Source: Tubulanus polymorphus (lineage: Eukaryota > Animalia > Nemertea). Taken from it: DNA of 64,000 nucleotides. The notes under the pieces were generated by a model. The model saw only the letters and a program-made list of their open reading frames with translations. It did no database searches and was not told where the DNA came from. The DNA lies in contig NC_134035.1 of the NCBI RefSeq assembly GCF_964204645.1, positions 6,386,001-6,450,000 on the forward strand, written 5' to 3'. Shown piece after piece: positions 1 through 13,510 of the stretch; the stretch's first letter is position 1, and the number at the start of each line of letters is the position of its first letter. The position numbers and the translations under genes are program-made.

Positions 1-2574
1 TGAAATTGCGATGATTGTTATATATGGGTGGAACGGGACCTTTTTAAGAATCTCGGTAAAGTGGCCTGAACTGGGTCGCTGAGTCGACACTTTCACCCGA
101 AGTGTGGCCACCCTAATCTGCTATCTTTGGAATCATTTAATCTAATGAAGAGCCATGGTATACGTACATTACGGCGTTGATGTAAGATTTCATCGTCACT
201 TCCGAAACAAATAGTTTCATCAGCCGCCTTTACTTTCGTGTTATAACAGAGCGTGATACCCGCAAATATGTAAGCATGGACGAACTGAAGCGACCGCAAT
301 ACAATTAACTTGTTGTCCAAGATAATTCGCCATAATTGAAAACCATGCAGCCGTGAACACCGTAAATAAAAAGTCACGTGGCGTGAACAACTTCTGAGCC
401 GCTTCTCACATTGTAGTGCTGCACACTGCTTGTAATATAGTAAGATTAAATTTCGGTTGAAGTTCCTGTCGGGGAAAGTAAGACACTTCCTTCATCATAG
501 AAAAATAAACTAAAGTAACTAAGATGTTACATTTTCATCATGAAGTCGGATACTTCCATTTAGATTATTCATACTATTTTTGACCACAGATGTTGTTTGC
601 CCCACGAGTATCAGACTGACCGTCAATTCGACAGAAGTCCACCAGCCGGGTCGTTTATTCCAACGGTCTTTTAGGCTTCATTTTGATAGTGGAGGTTTTT
701 TGTGGAAGATTCTTCTGGCGTCTCTCCCTCTAAGAGAAACCTTGACCCAGCTGAAAGTGCCTTGAGCAAGTTGTAGTGGGTTGACAGAAACCTTTTATGA
801 ATCAAACCAGCGAGTATTTTTCTATCTCAAAAATCGGACTTGAGGCTCTTGGCCGAGTGCCTTGTAGATGTTAAGAAATTTGCTCTTGGCGAAAAAACCG
901 ACCTCGAGACACAATTCTCATTGATATGAATCACCGTCGGACGATTCTTACAAACGCGCAGTTCACCAAGTTTTTTTCTCGTTTAGCAATGAAAACAAAG
1001 TTGAGACAGATCGACGAAATAGCTTTGATTACAAAATAACACATGCATCGTTATGCGCGTCGATCTGAGAATCGATTCGGCTGTGAGAATTCGGCGTCAG
1101 TTTCACGGAGCGCGCGGTCTAATCCAGATTATCTCCGTTAACCGTAATCAGTCCGCGGACAACAACACGGCATCCCAGCGTGTATCATATCATTTGCGAT
1201 CAGAAAAAACACCAACTCTAGTCCAGCGTCTACGTGATAGAGGCTGACTCAGTTAATATTCATAAAGAGTGAGTGGAGTCGTCGAGTGGTTAATATCACG
1301 CTGGACATCGGAATATGTTTCGATGAAAGATGCCCTCGATATATCACCACTAATAACAATCATAAGTGGTCTCATCTTTATCTAGGAAGTAGTTGTCTTC
1401 CAATGGCGCAAGTTATAATTCGTCTGTGACTCAGGAAATTGGTACTCATGGTTGGTATTTCATTTGTGAGACCAGTGAACCAGCCGCTACTGTGGTCTAG
1501 TACCTCTGATTAGACAAATTCATTTTTTCATATCAGGTTATATGATTTAAGTGCACATCTTGATTCACGGTATCCGGTTCCACGGTTATAGTTTGACTTA
1601 AGAACGAAATGCTGGAAATGAGTTTATCTTAACATTAAAGGTGTCAAAACAAAAAACCTGCAGAACTGGATCCAGATGACATTTAATTGTAGGACGGCTG
1701 AGGAATCGGCATTATTCTTACTTATGCCATTGTACCTGACGCTCAGTGGGTAGAATTCTTTATTTCTTCATTGCATTAGATTTTATTAGACCGTTCTTAA
1801 CTCTCTACGATCATATTAACCTAAAATGTGAATCAGAAAGTGTAGGTATATTCTGATAGCGGGTGCGCGACTGTCGACCTCACGGAAAAATGCTCACAAC
1901 GAAATAGACAAAAAGAAATCAGTCGTGTGTTTGAAAAGAAGATGAAGAACTAGCTATCAATCAGAAGGCTATTGTCAATATACTTTGTGCGACAAGGTTT
2001 TAGATTTTTTTGACAGTGTCCAGAAGCCGCTGATGTTAGGGAGGTGTGACTCACTGTTTACAAGATCGTTTATACCGAACTAATGCCGAAAGTTACCAAC
2101 GTCACGTAATGAATACACTCTGCAGCCTTTATGGCAATAATTGTCCAGGTCGCAAATGGAATAAGTCAACTCGGTTGACAAGAATACTGATTCGTTGTTA
2201 TCAGTGTAGGTCAGTTAACAGTGAACAGGCGTAATGAAGTGCTTTTCTCTCTCGCGTTTCAGCTCGACAAAAATATGCTGCAGATTTTCAGATACGCATT
2301 AGATACATAAGCTACTTCAGAGGTGTTTGTAGCGGCTCCGTAACCTTATTAAACCCATCCCTCATGATAATTCGGCCCAAGTCGGATATAGCATAGTATA
2401 GTGCCTTGGCGTAGAGTTAATAAGTTCTGCGGTTAATGTATCAGCGCATTAATACATTGGCGCATGAATACATTGATAATTGGGTATCAATGCGGAGCAA
2501 AGGAACAGTTCATGTACAGGTTGACCGACGACTAGTGACAGTCGACTACTGTTGGTTGTTTGTTGGTTGGCCCA

Positions 2575-2790
2575 TTGAAGAGATGATAGAGTGCATATCT
2601 CACCCGCTGGTTGACGGTCGACGGATGACACAATGCAATGTTGTCGTCAATTTATGTACAAGGATCGTGGTGACAAAAATGAGTGACGATAGAGTGCGTA
2701 AACCTATATCATCCGCTGGTTGACGGTCGACGGACGACACGTCGCAATGTTGTCGCCAATGTATGTACAAGCATCGTTGGTTGACTGGTT
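2575..2790. repeat. Internal ~110-bp direct duplication inside the Merlin element
   Basis: GATAGAGTGC...CCGCTGGTTGACGGTCGACGGA(T/C)GACAC...GCAATGTTGTCG(T/C)CAAT(T/G)TATGTACAAG occurs twice. Confidence 0.8.
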
Positions 2791-2819
2791 GACGGGTGAC
2801 CACAAAACACAAACAAACA

Positions 2820-3000
2820 AGAGAAGTAAATCTAAACCGAAACAGTAAACTATAAGCATCAGCTGCGAAAGTTTTATTTTTGATTTTGAAAAAAAAAGAG
2901 CCGGCACGTATCGACGTCGTTCTGTAGCAATGTGAACAATGCCATATTTCATAGTCCCCACGTTTGTTTTTTGGGAGGCGCATCTCACGATGACAGTGAT
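2820..3000 (-). pseudogene. Frameshifted N-terminal zinc-ribbon fragment of a Merlin/IS1595-family transposase
   Basis: Joining two minus-strand frames across the A-run near 2890 gives CHREMRLPKNKRGDYEIWHCSHCYRTTSIRAGSFF/SKSKIKLSQLMLIVYCFG. This matches the W-x-C-x-x-C...SIRxGSFFxxSxLxL pattern of eukaryotic IS1595/Merlin transposases. No DDE domain remains. Confidence 0.75.
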
Positions 3001-4790
3001 GAAGTTGAATAATGAATCTCCTGTGAATTTGAATGCTTAACCGCGTTGAAACTAATATCAGAGAACTGGAATTGACTAAAGAAAAATAGAAATGCAATTT
3101 TTATTTTAAGTATGGGGTTTATCATGTGTTTGGTACCGTGGTGTGTTTGGTGTATGAGGTTAATAGATCGTTAATAGTTAATTTGTCGGTTGGTAGATAC
3201 GTCGACACGTTGACACATTGAATGTTAATGGCTGGCGATGTGAATGTGTTGACATGACAACTTTCTTTGGGATACACATAAACCGAACAACGCAGTAAGC
3301 ATACGCGAAGGAACTGTACTATGCAATACCCTACTTGAGCCGATAATTCTTGTACTTGGACACTACTTTAAGCGTTGCTACCACAGTTAGTTAAACGTTT
3401 CAGAAAGAGCCAATCTTCTTACAACGAGTCTTAAGCTTACTTTGGTTTTAACCAATCAATGAACTTCGCTTATATGATTTATATATCTTTTTACATGACC
3501 TTCTCTTGATCTTGACGTTAAGTTGTACATTGGTTGGTAACGCAATTAATAAATAAATCTTATCCACCACGGACTAGTGGACAACTATCCACCCGGACTA
3601 CCGAATTTCAAACTCGGGATAGTCAATGGCGTTCTACATCAATATTAGATAATAGAATAGCTCGAGTGAGCGGTTGGTTCTCCCAGCGCTCAATTATTGT
3701 GTTCTGGTCTGTGCTCGTTTCAGTGCCGATTTTGTTTTGTTGGCAAATAATAGAAATCATGTCCGTTTTATGAAAGGACGTCACTGCGTCAATAGAACGG
3801 AGAGAACATTCATCTAAATATTTCAATTGATGGCCGCGTATCAGCAATCAACTGTTTGTTTACAGAGCGTCATCGGTAAATATACGATTTGACTGATGGA
3901 ATTTATGTTTATGCTGGGGAAACTTGGAATAGTCCGCGACGTGGAGTAGTCCGTAACGCAGAGCAGTCCAGTCCCGACCTACCGTGCAGTATTAGCGGGG
4001 ATGCTGCAAATAATCCCTCATTGAAGTACGGTCATACGAATCGCAATCAGTGTTTTAATCTGTGGTTTTACTCGTGACGCTGTGGTAATACTGTTACATT
4101 TCTCATAACAACTACGTATGCAAATTCGTTTGAGACATCTTCGAAAACTCTAACGTTCTATCTCAAAATGTGGCCATTCACGCGTGAAATTAGATTTTGA
4201 TATTGAATCGATATTCTTGCAGAGTGAACGTGGGTGATATGAAGATATTTCCATTCGTCTATATCGACCTTTCGCTTGTCTCTCGGTTCATAGGTTCGAA
4301 TCTGTAATTTTAGTGGTAGAGTTTCTTGGTTCTTCCCTGGCCCTTTCTCCTTGGAAAGAGAAGCGTTGAACCTACTGGTAATATTCTTGAGTGGAGCTTA
4401 GTGGATTGAACGAAGTCGTTTCTATTCATAAAACTGGCAGCAGGCGTAGATTCAAACTGAAGCTCACCATCGTGGATATTTCGTGCCTAAAATTTCATTT
4501 TTCCATCCCCAAAGTAAAAAGGGCACAATTTCATAATGAGGCACGTAATTTTCAACAGCGTTACTTTCACACCATTCTTTATGATTTCATCTTGCCCGGA
4601 AACTACATAATGCAGTACATTTTCTAGAAAGCCATTTTCACCAAGACTTCATTTATTGCACAAAAAGCAGTACATCTTCAAATAACTGGGGGAGGACCCC
4701 TCTCGTTTGTGGTGGATAATGCCTTTTTATAACTTGTGATACCCTCAACAGTGGTCCCTGGATACGCCCCTGGCTGGAATATAAATATAA

Positions 4791-4915
4791 GGCCAGTTGC
4801 TCAAAAGTTGGTTTAAGGTAGCTGGCGGATGAATACCACGTAAAAACAATGAACTTTGACAGTCACCATGTCAATTATCCACTGATTAACTCAAACCAAT
4901 TTTGAGCAACTGGCC
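4791..4915. mobile_element. MITE, ~125 bp
   Basis: TIRs GGCCAGTTGCTCAAAAGTTGGTTT / AAACCAATTTTGAGCAACTGGCC. A related end (GGCCAGTTGCACAG) is seen near 63647. TSD is unclear. Confidence 0.75.
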
Positions 4916-5680
4916 TCTGGTTTTTAAGGAGGTATGTGTGCTTCAGTTAAATCGATGTTTGAACATAATTAAATGATGATGTTTAGATGAAGTCTATTGC
5001 GTGTTGCCACAGTGGCGGAAGCGGAAACACATTTTGAAAGCCGACGCACCGATAGTTCAGTTGTGTATTTTTCCGCTGCGGTGACCGCGCGCGAGAGATT
5101 CCGGGTACAGATAGTTTCGCTCTCCCCCGGGAACTCGCGATGGTGTGATATAATAATCGCGAGCGTGCTCGAGCGGAAAATCCACATTCTATTTCATATC
5201 ATAATTAGTCAGTAGACAAAGAGCAGGTGCCCGATATATTACGGCAGGTGCCCGGTATACATTACTCATGAGTGGCAATAAGAAAACTGCGAGATTCGGA
5301 TGACAGTGGTCGGTGGCGCTTCGGTGGAGCTTAGTTAAGGTTGACATGCGGCGCAGAGTGATAGAGTCACCCTGTTTGGTGTAGTAATGGCAACTGACAC
5401 GACACCAATCACCGATGACATAGATTTATACCGCTGTTCCCCGTCAAATATATGACGCACAAATATTCGCAAATTATGTGCTCACGTAATATACATGGTG
5501 ACGTCACCGTGCTACTAAGCTGGTTTAAACTCTGTCTCCTGTATTATCGTGGCGGGTGGTTTGTGATCTGTTTTATTGGAACATTAGTCGGCGAAACAGC
5601 TGAGTTACTTACTATTAGGCCTACAGCGAGACTGTATACACACTGGAACCTGCACCACCCCTTCAGCCTATAAACAGAGG

Positions 5681-5905
5681 CAGGTTGCTGATCGTTCAAT
5701 GTGCAGCCCAAACACACACTATACCACACTATACCTGTAAACAGATACAGGCTGCTGGTCGTTCAATCTGCAGCCCGAAATCAACCCCTTTAGCCCATGC
5801 ACAGAGTCAGGCTGCTGGTCGTTCAATCTGCAGCCCGAAATCACACTACCCCTTTAGCCCATACACAAGAGTCAGACTGCTGGCTGCTGTCGTTCAATCT
5901 GCAGA
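5681..5905. repeat. Minisatellite, ~60-bp unit, about 4 diverged copies
   Basis: Core CAGGCTGCTGGTCGTTCAATCTGCAGCCCGAAATCA recurs at about 5681, 5748, 5808 and 5873. Confidence 0.85.
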
Positions 5906-8900
5906 GTCCAGGCCGCGGTTTCAATCTGACGTTGTCGGTTGCCGTCCGAAGGGGTGCAGGGTCGAGGCAGAGAGTACAGGGTCCCAGCACAGAGGGTGCA
6001 GGATACAGGCCACAGATTGATACCTAGTCGCAGAATAGCATTACCGTCATTGATTAGTAAATTTGACATAAATTGAGAATGCTTGTTCAAGTCAGCTATG
6101 ATTCATACACGAATGTCGGATGGTATTTTTCTATCATTGGGGAAAATCGTCTTCACGGCCTAATTACACGCACTGACAGGTCTTAGTATAAAACAACACA
6201 GGCGCGCATGCAGCATCTTCAACTGGCGCTGTGCTTCTACTTTGATCAGTTTGTGATTAATTGTCGCCAGTGTCACCGGGCGGCGTGAAGACGTTGCTCG
6301 TATAATTAGCCTAGTCAGTTTGGCGCAGCAATAACTGCATTATACGTATATAGTGCACAGTCATTGCTACTGTACACGCGGCCATCGAGCTGCCTTCAAT
6401 CTCGCGATAATAAATGAAAATTTAAAGTCTTTCAAACGACTCAGTAGACTTTGATTAGCGATTGTGTCCCTAGAATTTGTGTCTTCATTTGTTTAGTTTG
6501 ATTATACATGGTACTAATCAAACTATTTTAGTGGTAGTGCTGCATCTTTTGCTGCTGCTGCTGCAAGTGTTGGTGCTGTTAGTGTTGGTGCTGCTGTATA
6601 CGGCCGTTGGCAGATCAGCTGACGGAGTTCTTCGAATTTGCGCTGTAAATTTATGGAGATTTACACAGAGAAAAGACAACAATTTCACCCTCTATAATTT
6701 CGAGTTCAGGTTTAATCATCATAATTCATTTTGCGCGACGTACAAGAACTTGTTTACTGGGGCTCGATATTAAACACCGAACGATGGTTTATTCGTGGTG
6801 ATTAGATTGGAAAATTAAGAAAATCTCGCACGTTCTCGGCCTCCGTCAAAGTGTAGCGATCGCTAAACGGTCGAATTAATGACAAACATCATTTATTGGT
6901 GTACGTAGAATAATGATGATGAATTATGATCAGATTTACCTTGATCAATCAGAGCATCGTGCTCCAGCGCCGCCGCTGTATCATTAAAGCCGATCTGAGA
7001 ACCTCCTCTGCGGTTCCTATTGATCAATTGACGTAATCTGTCTCCGTGACGTTTCCCAATTGAATTTATCCTTATCAGGACGATGAATATAATGCCGTAT
7101 GATTGTATGCAGAGATAAATAAACCACTCGCTCCTCGCGCGCCTAGTTTAATAACTGGCGGAAATATCTCTCGATTGATAGTGACTCGTGTGCGACACAC
7201 AAACTGCGCTAGTCCTTCCAACTACAACAATAACAACAACAACAACAAAAACAATTTCATCCTCTGGAGTGGATCGAGGAAATCTGGAAGGCAGATGTAC
7301 AAGAGAAAAGACAGGGTATCCTTAGGGCGGAGCAGCCACAATGAAAGTCACGAACGGGTTCTCATCAGTGTTTGAAATTCTCGAAGAAAAACATCTGAAC
7401 TATGTTATTTCTGAGAAGATAATTGTCAAATTTGCAGGTGTGAACGACTTTGTCTTGACAAAATGGGCATCCGCAATAAGAAGGCACAAGTCTGTTCAGC
7501 GTTAGCCGATTTTGATATTATCGGAGCCACCCTTACACAATTCTTTGCCATTTCGTATCAAAGTGGCTTATACCGCTTTCTGATAGTTCGGCAAAAATAT
7601 CTCTCCTCATCAGTTGCAGAAAGCTCAAATCTTAATCTCAGTCAATTATGGCGAGATAACCTCTGATATAGTCAACAAGCGATTGGAGATTTAGTGATGA
7701 TAGCGAGGATGCGTGTGTCCGATTACACTGTATGTTGCGTCGCTCTGATCCGCAGATCGGGAGAGGATTTAGCTAGTTATGATTCTGTGGAGAAAATGTT
7801 ATTTTCCGAAGGCAGAGTTCACTGCTGAATAAACAACGAAATAACGCGGCGTGATATAGCATGATGCCACCACTGAGCCCGAGTGACAGGCAGTTGTGCA
7901 AAACTTGCAATATCGCAGTTCAATCTCTCTAAAATATCAAAATACACGGACTTGGTTTTGTATACCTCATCAGAAGATGAGGGCGGGCATTTCGATACAT
8001 ACAACCACGATTTTCACTATACCGCAAGGCTTGGTCTCTCTTTATGTAACCCCGCGAGCCTTTTCTTGAATGATATCAAAAACGTAATCTAGTTCACTAC
8101 GATTAGGCCTATAGTATCAAGTATGAATTAGCAGGCCACGGGGTTGGGTTGAAAAGGCGCCCGTGTACGTTATGGCGCGTGTGGACTGCCGTTATTATAA
8201 CTCGATCGATCTGCGCCCGTTCCCTCCTTCAGGCGCCACCAACGCCACGAGTTCATTTAAAAATTTAATACTGTTTTGTACGATCGATCTCGACCGATCC
8301 GATCCGTCTAGGACGTATTTTATGGCCGATTTGTGAGGCTTTATCTGCGCCGGAGAATTAAGCGCGCTATTGAGAAATTGCTTGTAGAACGTCGCTGCCA
8401 GATTTAGATAAGGGCAGCAGTACGGGGGGATTGCGCAGTACTGGAGTAGGATACCAAAGATGAAATCGGGTAAAACACTTGCTATTTACCGAGTGATTTC
8501 ATCAATGTTTGTACCGCTGCTCGGCGGCAATATTGGCCATCTCTACAGCAAATAAAATTGCTCTAAGCCGTGCGCTGTTTTTATCCGCGCGCAATTATAA
8601 GCCGATCATAGGTTCTGATCATTAATAGGGCTCTCCAGGAGAATAAGTACGATCTATACGTGAACCCCTGAGTTACACCGAGTGTATTCGACGACCACGT
8701 GATCTTTATTCGCGAATCAGAAATTACCGCGATGTGATTGGAGCGAGGAGTTTTCTGTTGAAGCTCGACGGGGAGCTACGGTGGCGTGCACGGTCGTGCC
8801 ACTGGTCTCCATTCTCCAAGTATTTAACAATAGAAATCCGAGAACGTCTATTATGGTTCTATAGGCATCTACCGTAAAACTATCTATTTGTTTTTGGGCT

Positions 8901-10499
8901 CTAGACCTGCAGCCACAGATATCGTTTGATAAATATCCAGCATCCAGTCAACAAAGGAAGGCAGAGGGACCAGCTACCAGTGACACAGTTCTCGGGAAAA
9001 ATTGACACTCGGTTCAACGGATATCGACTAGAATTCCGCTGTGGAGTTATGAAATTGAAAACGAAATAATTTTCTATGTACCTTTCCTGCCGTTGGGTCA
9101 TTTCTTTTAAGCATACTATATGTAAAGCCAAACTTTGTCGATGGTAAATTTTACAACAGCAATCTATGTCGGATGCGAGTAGGCATTCATCCCGTGTACG
9201 ATCTGCGTCTTCAGCACGGTGTTACAACTGACCACGCGTGGACGAATCTTTCAACTTACATTAAAAAGCAATCATGTTTTTTCGATTCAGAAGTTTATCC
9301 TTAATTAGAAATGGAGATGTGGTGGCCAGATCAATGGCACCCTTTTTGTTATTAGGATATAGGATATAGTCAAAAAGTTGGATAAACTACTTGCTAATTA
9401 TGATACATTGTCACTATTTTTTTCCGTTTTGATTGTGAGATTATTATCCTTTGATTGAATCTCGTCGAAAATTTGCCGTGCGGTTTAATCATGTGGTTCA
9501 CAACTTCGTGGGGGGAGGGGGAGGGGCTGATTACCAGGACTCATTCCAACCTAATAATGGTCGGGGTTTCTTAGTTGTCGCTGCTCTAAACATTATCTAT
9601 GAATTTTTGAAATCTCGTATTTTGCAGCGGAGCTACAAAATATCACCCCCGTTATACGCGTTAAAGTCGATTATCTTCTCATATTCTTGAGCGGTAAAAT
9701 TCCTGGCAAGAATCTCAAGAATCTGTAATATTCCAAGCTTGTATGGATTCTGAATCTTGGGAATCAACAAAAAATTATGAAAGTCTTTCGTCAGCATGCT
9801 TTCATATATAAATACCTTTACTTTCTGTTCTAGAGAAGGAAGGTCGATTGTAGATCGAGTGAACTGATTGTACATTTCTGAGGACTGCCGCTGTTGTTCC
9901 AAGTTAGAACGTCCTTTACCCATTTCTCGAAATTCCTACCAGAACTTTTTTGTTTGTCTTTTAGCCTCTAGACCTGCAGCCAGAGATTGTGTCCCAATTG
10001 ATATCATATATTGTACTTCTCTTATAAGGATGATCATATATGAAATGGAAGGCATATCCAGCATGTGGACCATAGGGACAATTTTAGCTCTAGAGTCATT
10101 TCCTAACTGACATGTAACTTGATCCCTAATTCAGTAATGGTTATTATTGTATTGCATTTGCCCTGCCCAAAATAAGCCAAATTAGACAGTGCGTTCACAC
10201 GTAATCCACTCACTCGATACTAAACATCGATTATGAAACCATAAAACAGCCTTATTTCTAGTTTGTTCCTCTAAAAGAGGCGTCAACGTCGAAATATGGC
10301 CTTTCCATTTTTTGAATACGGGCCTGTATTGAAAATCGAATCTGTGTTGTACAAATGTTGTAAAACCGAGATAATACGCGTTATCCCACGCTACAAAACA
10401 TGACATACTCGCACTGATACGGACCTCTAAATTAGTTTGTTTGACGATTCAGTTGATTTAGACTTGGCGTTTTCTGACGCAATTTACCATGAAACAAAC

Positions 10500-10790
10500 T
10501 TTACAACTGTTGATGCCTTTGATGATTTGAGACAACGTTACCTGTCAGTTTTTTTTATATACAAAGACCAAGCGTGTATGCGATGCAAACTATCTTTACT
10601 AGAAAAAAAACTCACCTTTAAACTGTCCTTGTTTGTTCAACATGTAAATGTTGTATGAAAATGAAATGACTTTAAAGCTGCTTCGTTTTTTGTTTCTGTA
10701 CTGTACTATACTATACTGTAATTATATAAATCATTATCTGTACTCATTGTATGAATATACGTGGAGCAATAACTTCAAATTCAATTTCAT
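10500..10790 (+). mobile_element. Degraded 3' end of a non-LTR retrotransposon
   Basis: Frameshifted translation FDDLRQRYLSVFF..RPSVY...KLSLFVQH resembles the LINE ORF2 extreme C-terminus also seen near 48360-48430. Followed by an AT-rich 3' UTR ending in AATAACTTCAAATTCAATTTC. Confidence 0.5.
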
Positions 10791-10823
10791 GTTACAAGAT
10801 GTAGTATGAAGGTTGGCTTATGA

Positions 10824-11584
10824 AGGTTGGCTACTACTCGACGCCTACCGACGCAACGGGTTTATTGGCGACTAGCGACAAAGGCCGCCAGTTGCCGTTA
10901 CATCCGCTCGGCATACGCCGGCTCACTCGGGCGACCCGACCCCTATAACCGACTCGTCGCATACCGTATCCAGCTCACCAATGAGTTGTTGCTCGACCTT
11001 CCTCATAGGAGGAGATTTGCGATAAGGGCTTTGCTTAATTGGAGGGTGTCCATTGACATTAATGTGGACTATTTACAATAAACAAGATTTCCCGTTCTAC
11101 TCCGGCCTACGGTATAGGCCGCAAGTTGCTTTAAAAGCTCTACCGATTACAGCTCAGCTGCGACGTGAAGGAACTCGGCACAGGAATTCCAGCCATTTAG
11201 AGACGGCATATATGCAGAATGTGACCACTAATTAACGTCATTAGTTTCTAGTCATAAACTTTCAAATTCAAATCCTAAACTTCAAAATTCAAATTTTAAA
11301 TTTGAATTGTTCGATTAGAATTAGAATAAGAATCTACTCTATTAGAATTTATTCAAAAGTAATCTTATAGGATTTTAAAGAAGATCCAGCGTTGATAAGC
11401 ACATGGCCATCTGCAATCGAGTCAGTTGCCAGTGATCGTAACCGACTAAAGCGGGAAAGCAATTGGCTGGATCGCTTATCCCGCTTGTCGGGCTCGGTTG
11501 CTATGGGAATCGGAGCGCAGTCGATCGCGGTTGCTGTCAGTTGCGTCAGTAGGCGTCGCGTCGCAGGTCGACGAAAGCCAGCCT
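10824..11584. mobile_element. Diverged non-autonomous TIR element (possibly PIF/Harbinger-like)
   Basis: Left AGGTTGGCT..CGACGCCTACCGACGCAAC matches the reverse complement of right GTTGCGTCAGTAGGCGTCG..AGCCAGCCT. Both flanks are GC-rich with further patchy inverted similarity. There is a 14-bp tandem duplication (TATGAAGGTTGGCT x2) at 10805-10832. Confidence 0.55.
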
Positions 11585-13214
11585 GAAGAATCATCGGTGA
11601 TTTTGTTCACGGACAATGATATCGTCCCTAGTTATGATGTAGGTCGGGTTTTCTAGATTTAACCCGGCGGTTATCGACGCGTGATCGTGTATTCGTCATC
11701 ATCTCTATATGAAAACCCGGCTGCGTTATTAATCGCTATTTTATACAGAAAGCTGATGCGAAATACTGATGAACTGTGCGAAGATTCTTGGTGATGAAAA
11801 TGACCGCGGTATCCGGGCAGTAAGTGCGAGTCGGGGGATATTTATTACCGCTAATGGTCGCGGCCGCGGGGGAAGATGGGTAGCCTCGCGTCTTACCCGT
11901 CACGATCCGAAGATCAACTCCTACTCAAACCCAGCCCACAGCGCTTGTTCATCGTTCATCATTTTTGAATACAAATCACTCAATGCCTTACTCTTATGAA
12001 TATAACGAGCGTCACGTGATTTCATTATTTCACAGAAAAAGAAAAACTGACACTCGAAAGAAGACACTATGAGAATTTGCCTAATCATAACATATTGACT
12101 CAAATACTAGGTTTTATATCGCTCAACTCTTTTCAAGGGATTGATAAATATGAATGATTTAGATTACACATGCGTGTTAAGTTACTGTTTTTGAAACAAT
12201 CACCTCACAAATATGACTAAAGAGGGGACAAAGTGTTGGTTTGTTGAAATGTTTCTATGCAATGTTAGTTGATGTGTGATCTCATCAGTCGGACATGCGT
12301 CCGAGTGGTCGTGTGCATCGTAGTCCTCACCCCAGAACGTCATGTGACAGCGGATCATTGGTCTTGGAGTCTCTCGGGGTTCCAGATACTATTACAAACA
12401 AAATCGCCAGGTTCCACCATTTCATCATCACTGTTTATCGGTTTCACGACGTTTCGATCGATAGGTTTGCGTTTTGTGGCCACTTCCGGGTCAATAACTC
12501 ATCAAAGTCTCGATATAATTAACAAGAAAAACTGAAGCGATGATGTTATTATCATCCCGGCTTCAGATCGATTTCTGCGATGTATCCGTTCTGTGGCGCT
12601 CGTCGCAACCAGATCGACCCCGCTCTATCCGTCTTTTAGCGCGCCGAAGACAATGGAAACTCCTATCGACTGTATGGTTCGTTAGAGCGGCGCACGCGGG
12701 AGTAACTTTCATCTCTATTTCAGTCTCATCGTCTCCGAGTTCTTATCGCAATCGATAAGAAAATAATATCAATATCGTTTGTAGTCGCAATAATATTCCC
12801 TAAAGGAAAACGCCACCGAGTTAATTGGTCTTACAATAATAGCCAGATAGTAGCAATAAAAAAAAACATGGAAGATTTGTTTTCTGAACGAAGAGGATTG
12901 AAGTAGTTTTGCTTTCAGCAATATTTTTGAGGTTTGTTTGAAATCTCCCTACTTGAGCCAAATGACGGTGATATTACAGGACGCTGACATACAATAGAAT
13001 AGTTGGCATATAATAGTTGATAATCTAGGCCTGTGCATCGTAAATCAAAAATAAACTTCAAATGATATATTCCTACGTATCCCTCTCCTCCTACCTCACC
13101 TATACCATTGTAAAATTATCTACTTAAATTACAACAAGTAATTTTTGTCATATCAGTGTTCATTTTGCAGACTGATGTCTAGTTTGTCCAGCATATACTG
13201 ATCTCTGCGGGTTC

Positions 13215-13510
13215 TGGACCAATGGAAATGTGCTCTAGTGTTAGTTATTACCGCACGGAGCGCTGTCATGCATGCTAACAGCTGCAGCTCGTTGACGTCA
13301 CATCACGACGACGCGGCAGCAGCACGCAGAGAGAGAAAGAGAGATCGGTAGCGAGGAAATCGTCGTGAATTGAGTTATTTGTCCTGAACCACTTCAGAGT
13401 AAGCTCTGGGTTCGTGTACTGCGTGCCGGGAATCGATAGAAATACTGCTGCTACTGTTCTGTAGCGGCGGCGACGACTGCAGCAACCATCCATCCGCACT
13501 CCGTGAGTCT
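13215..13510 (+). promoter_or_regulatory. Candidate Pol II promoter / non-coding first exon
   Basis: CCAAT at 13219, perfect CRE TGACGTCA at 13293-13300, CpG-rich and GA-rich leader, splice-donor-like GTGAGT at 13503. Motif-level evidence only. Confidence 0.25.

Larger units (their letters stand above)
2374..3341 (-). mobile_element. Non-autonomous Merlin (IS1595/ISXO2-like) DNA transposon, internally deleted
   Basis: Imperfect ~70-bp TIRs (GGCCCAAGTCGGATATAGCATAGTATAGTGCCTTGGCGTA... at 2374 versus the reverse complement of ...TACGCGAAGGAACTGTACTATGCAATACCCTACTTGAGCC ending at 3341). Perfect 8-bp TSD GATAATTC at 2366-2373 and 3342-3349. GG termini. Internal transposase N-terminal remnant on the minus strand. 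Confidence 0.85.
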
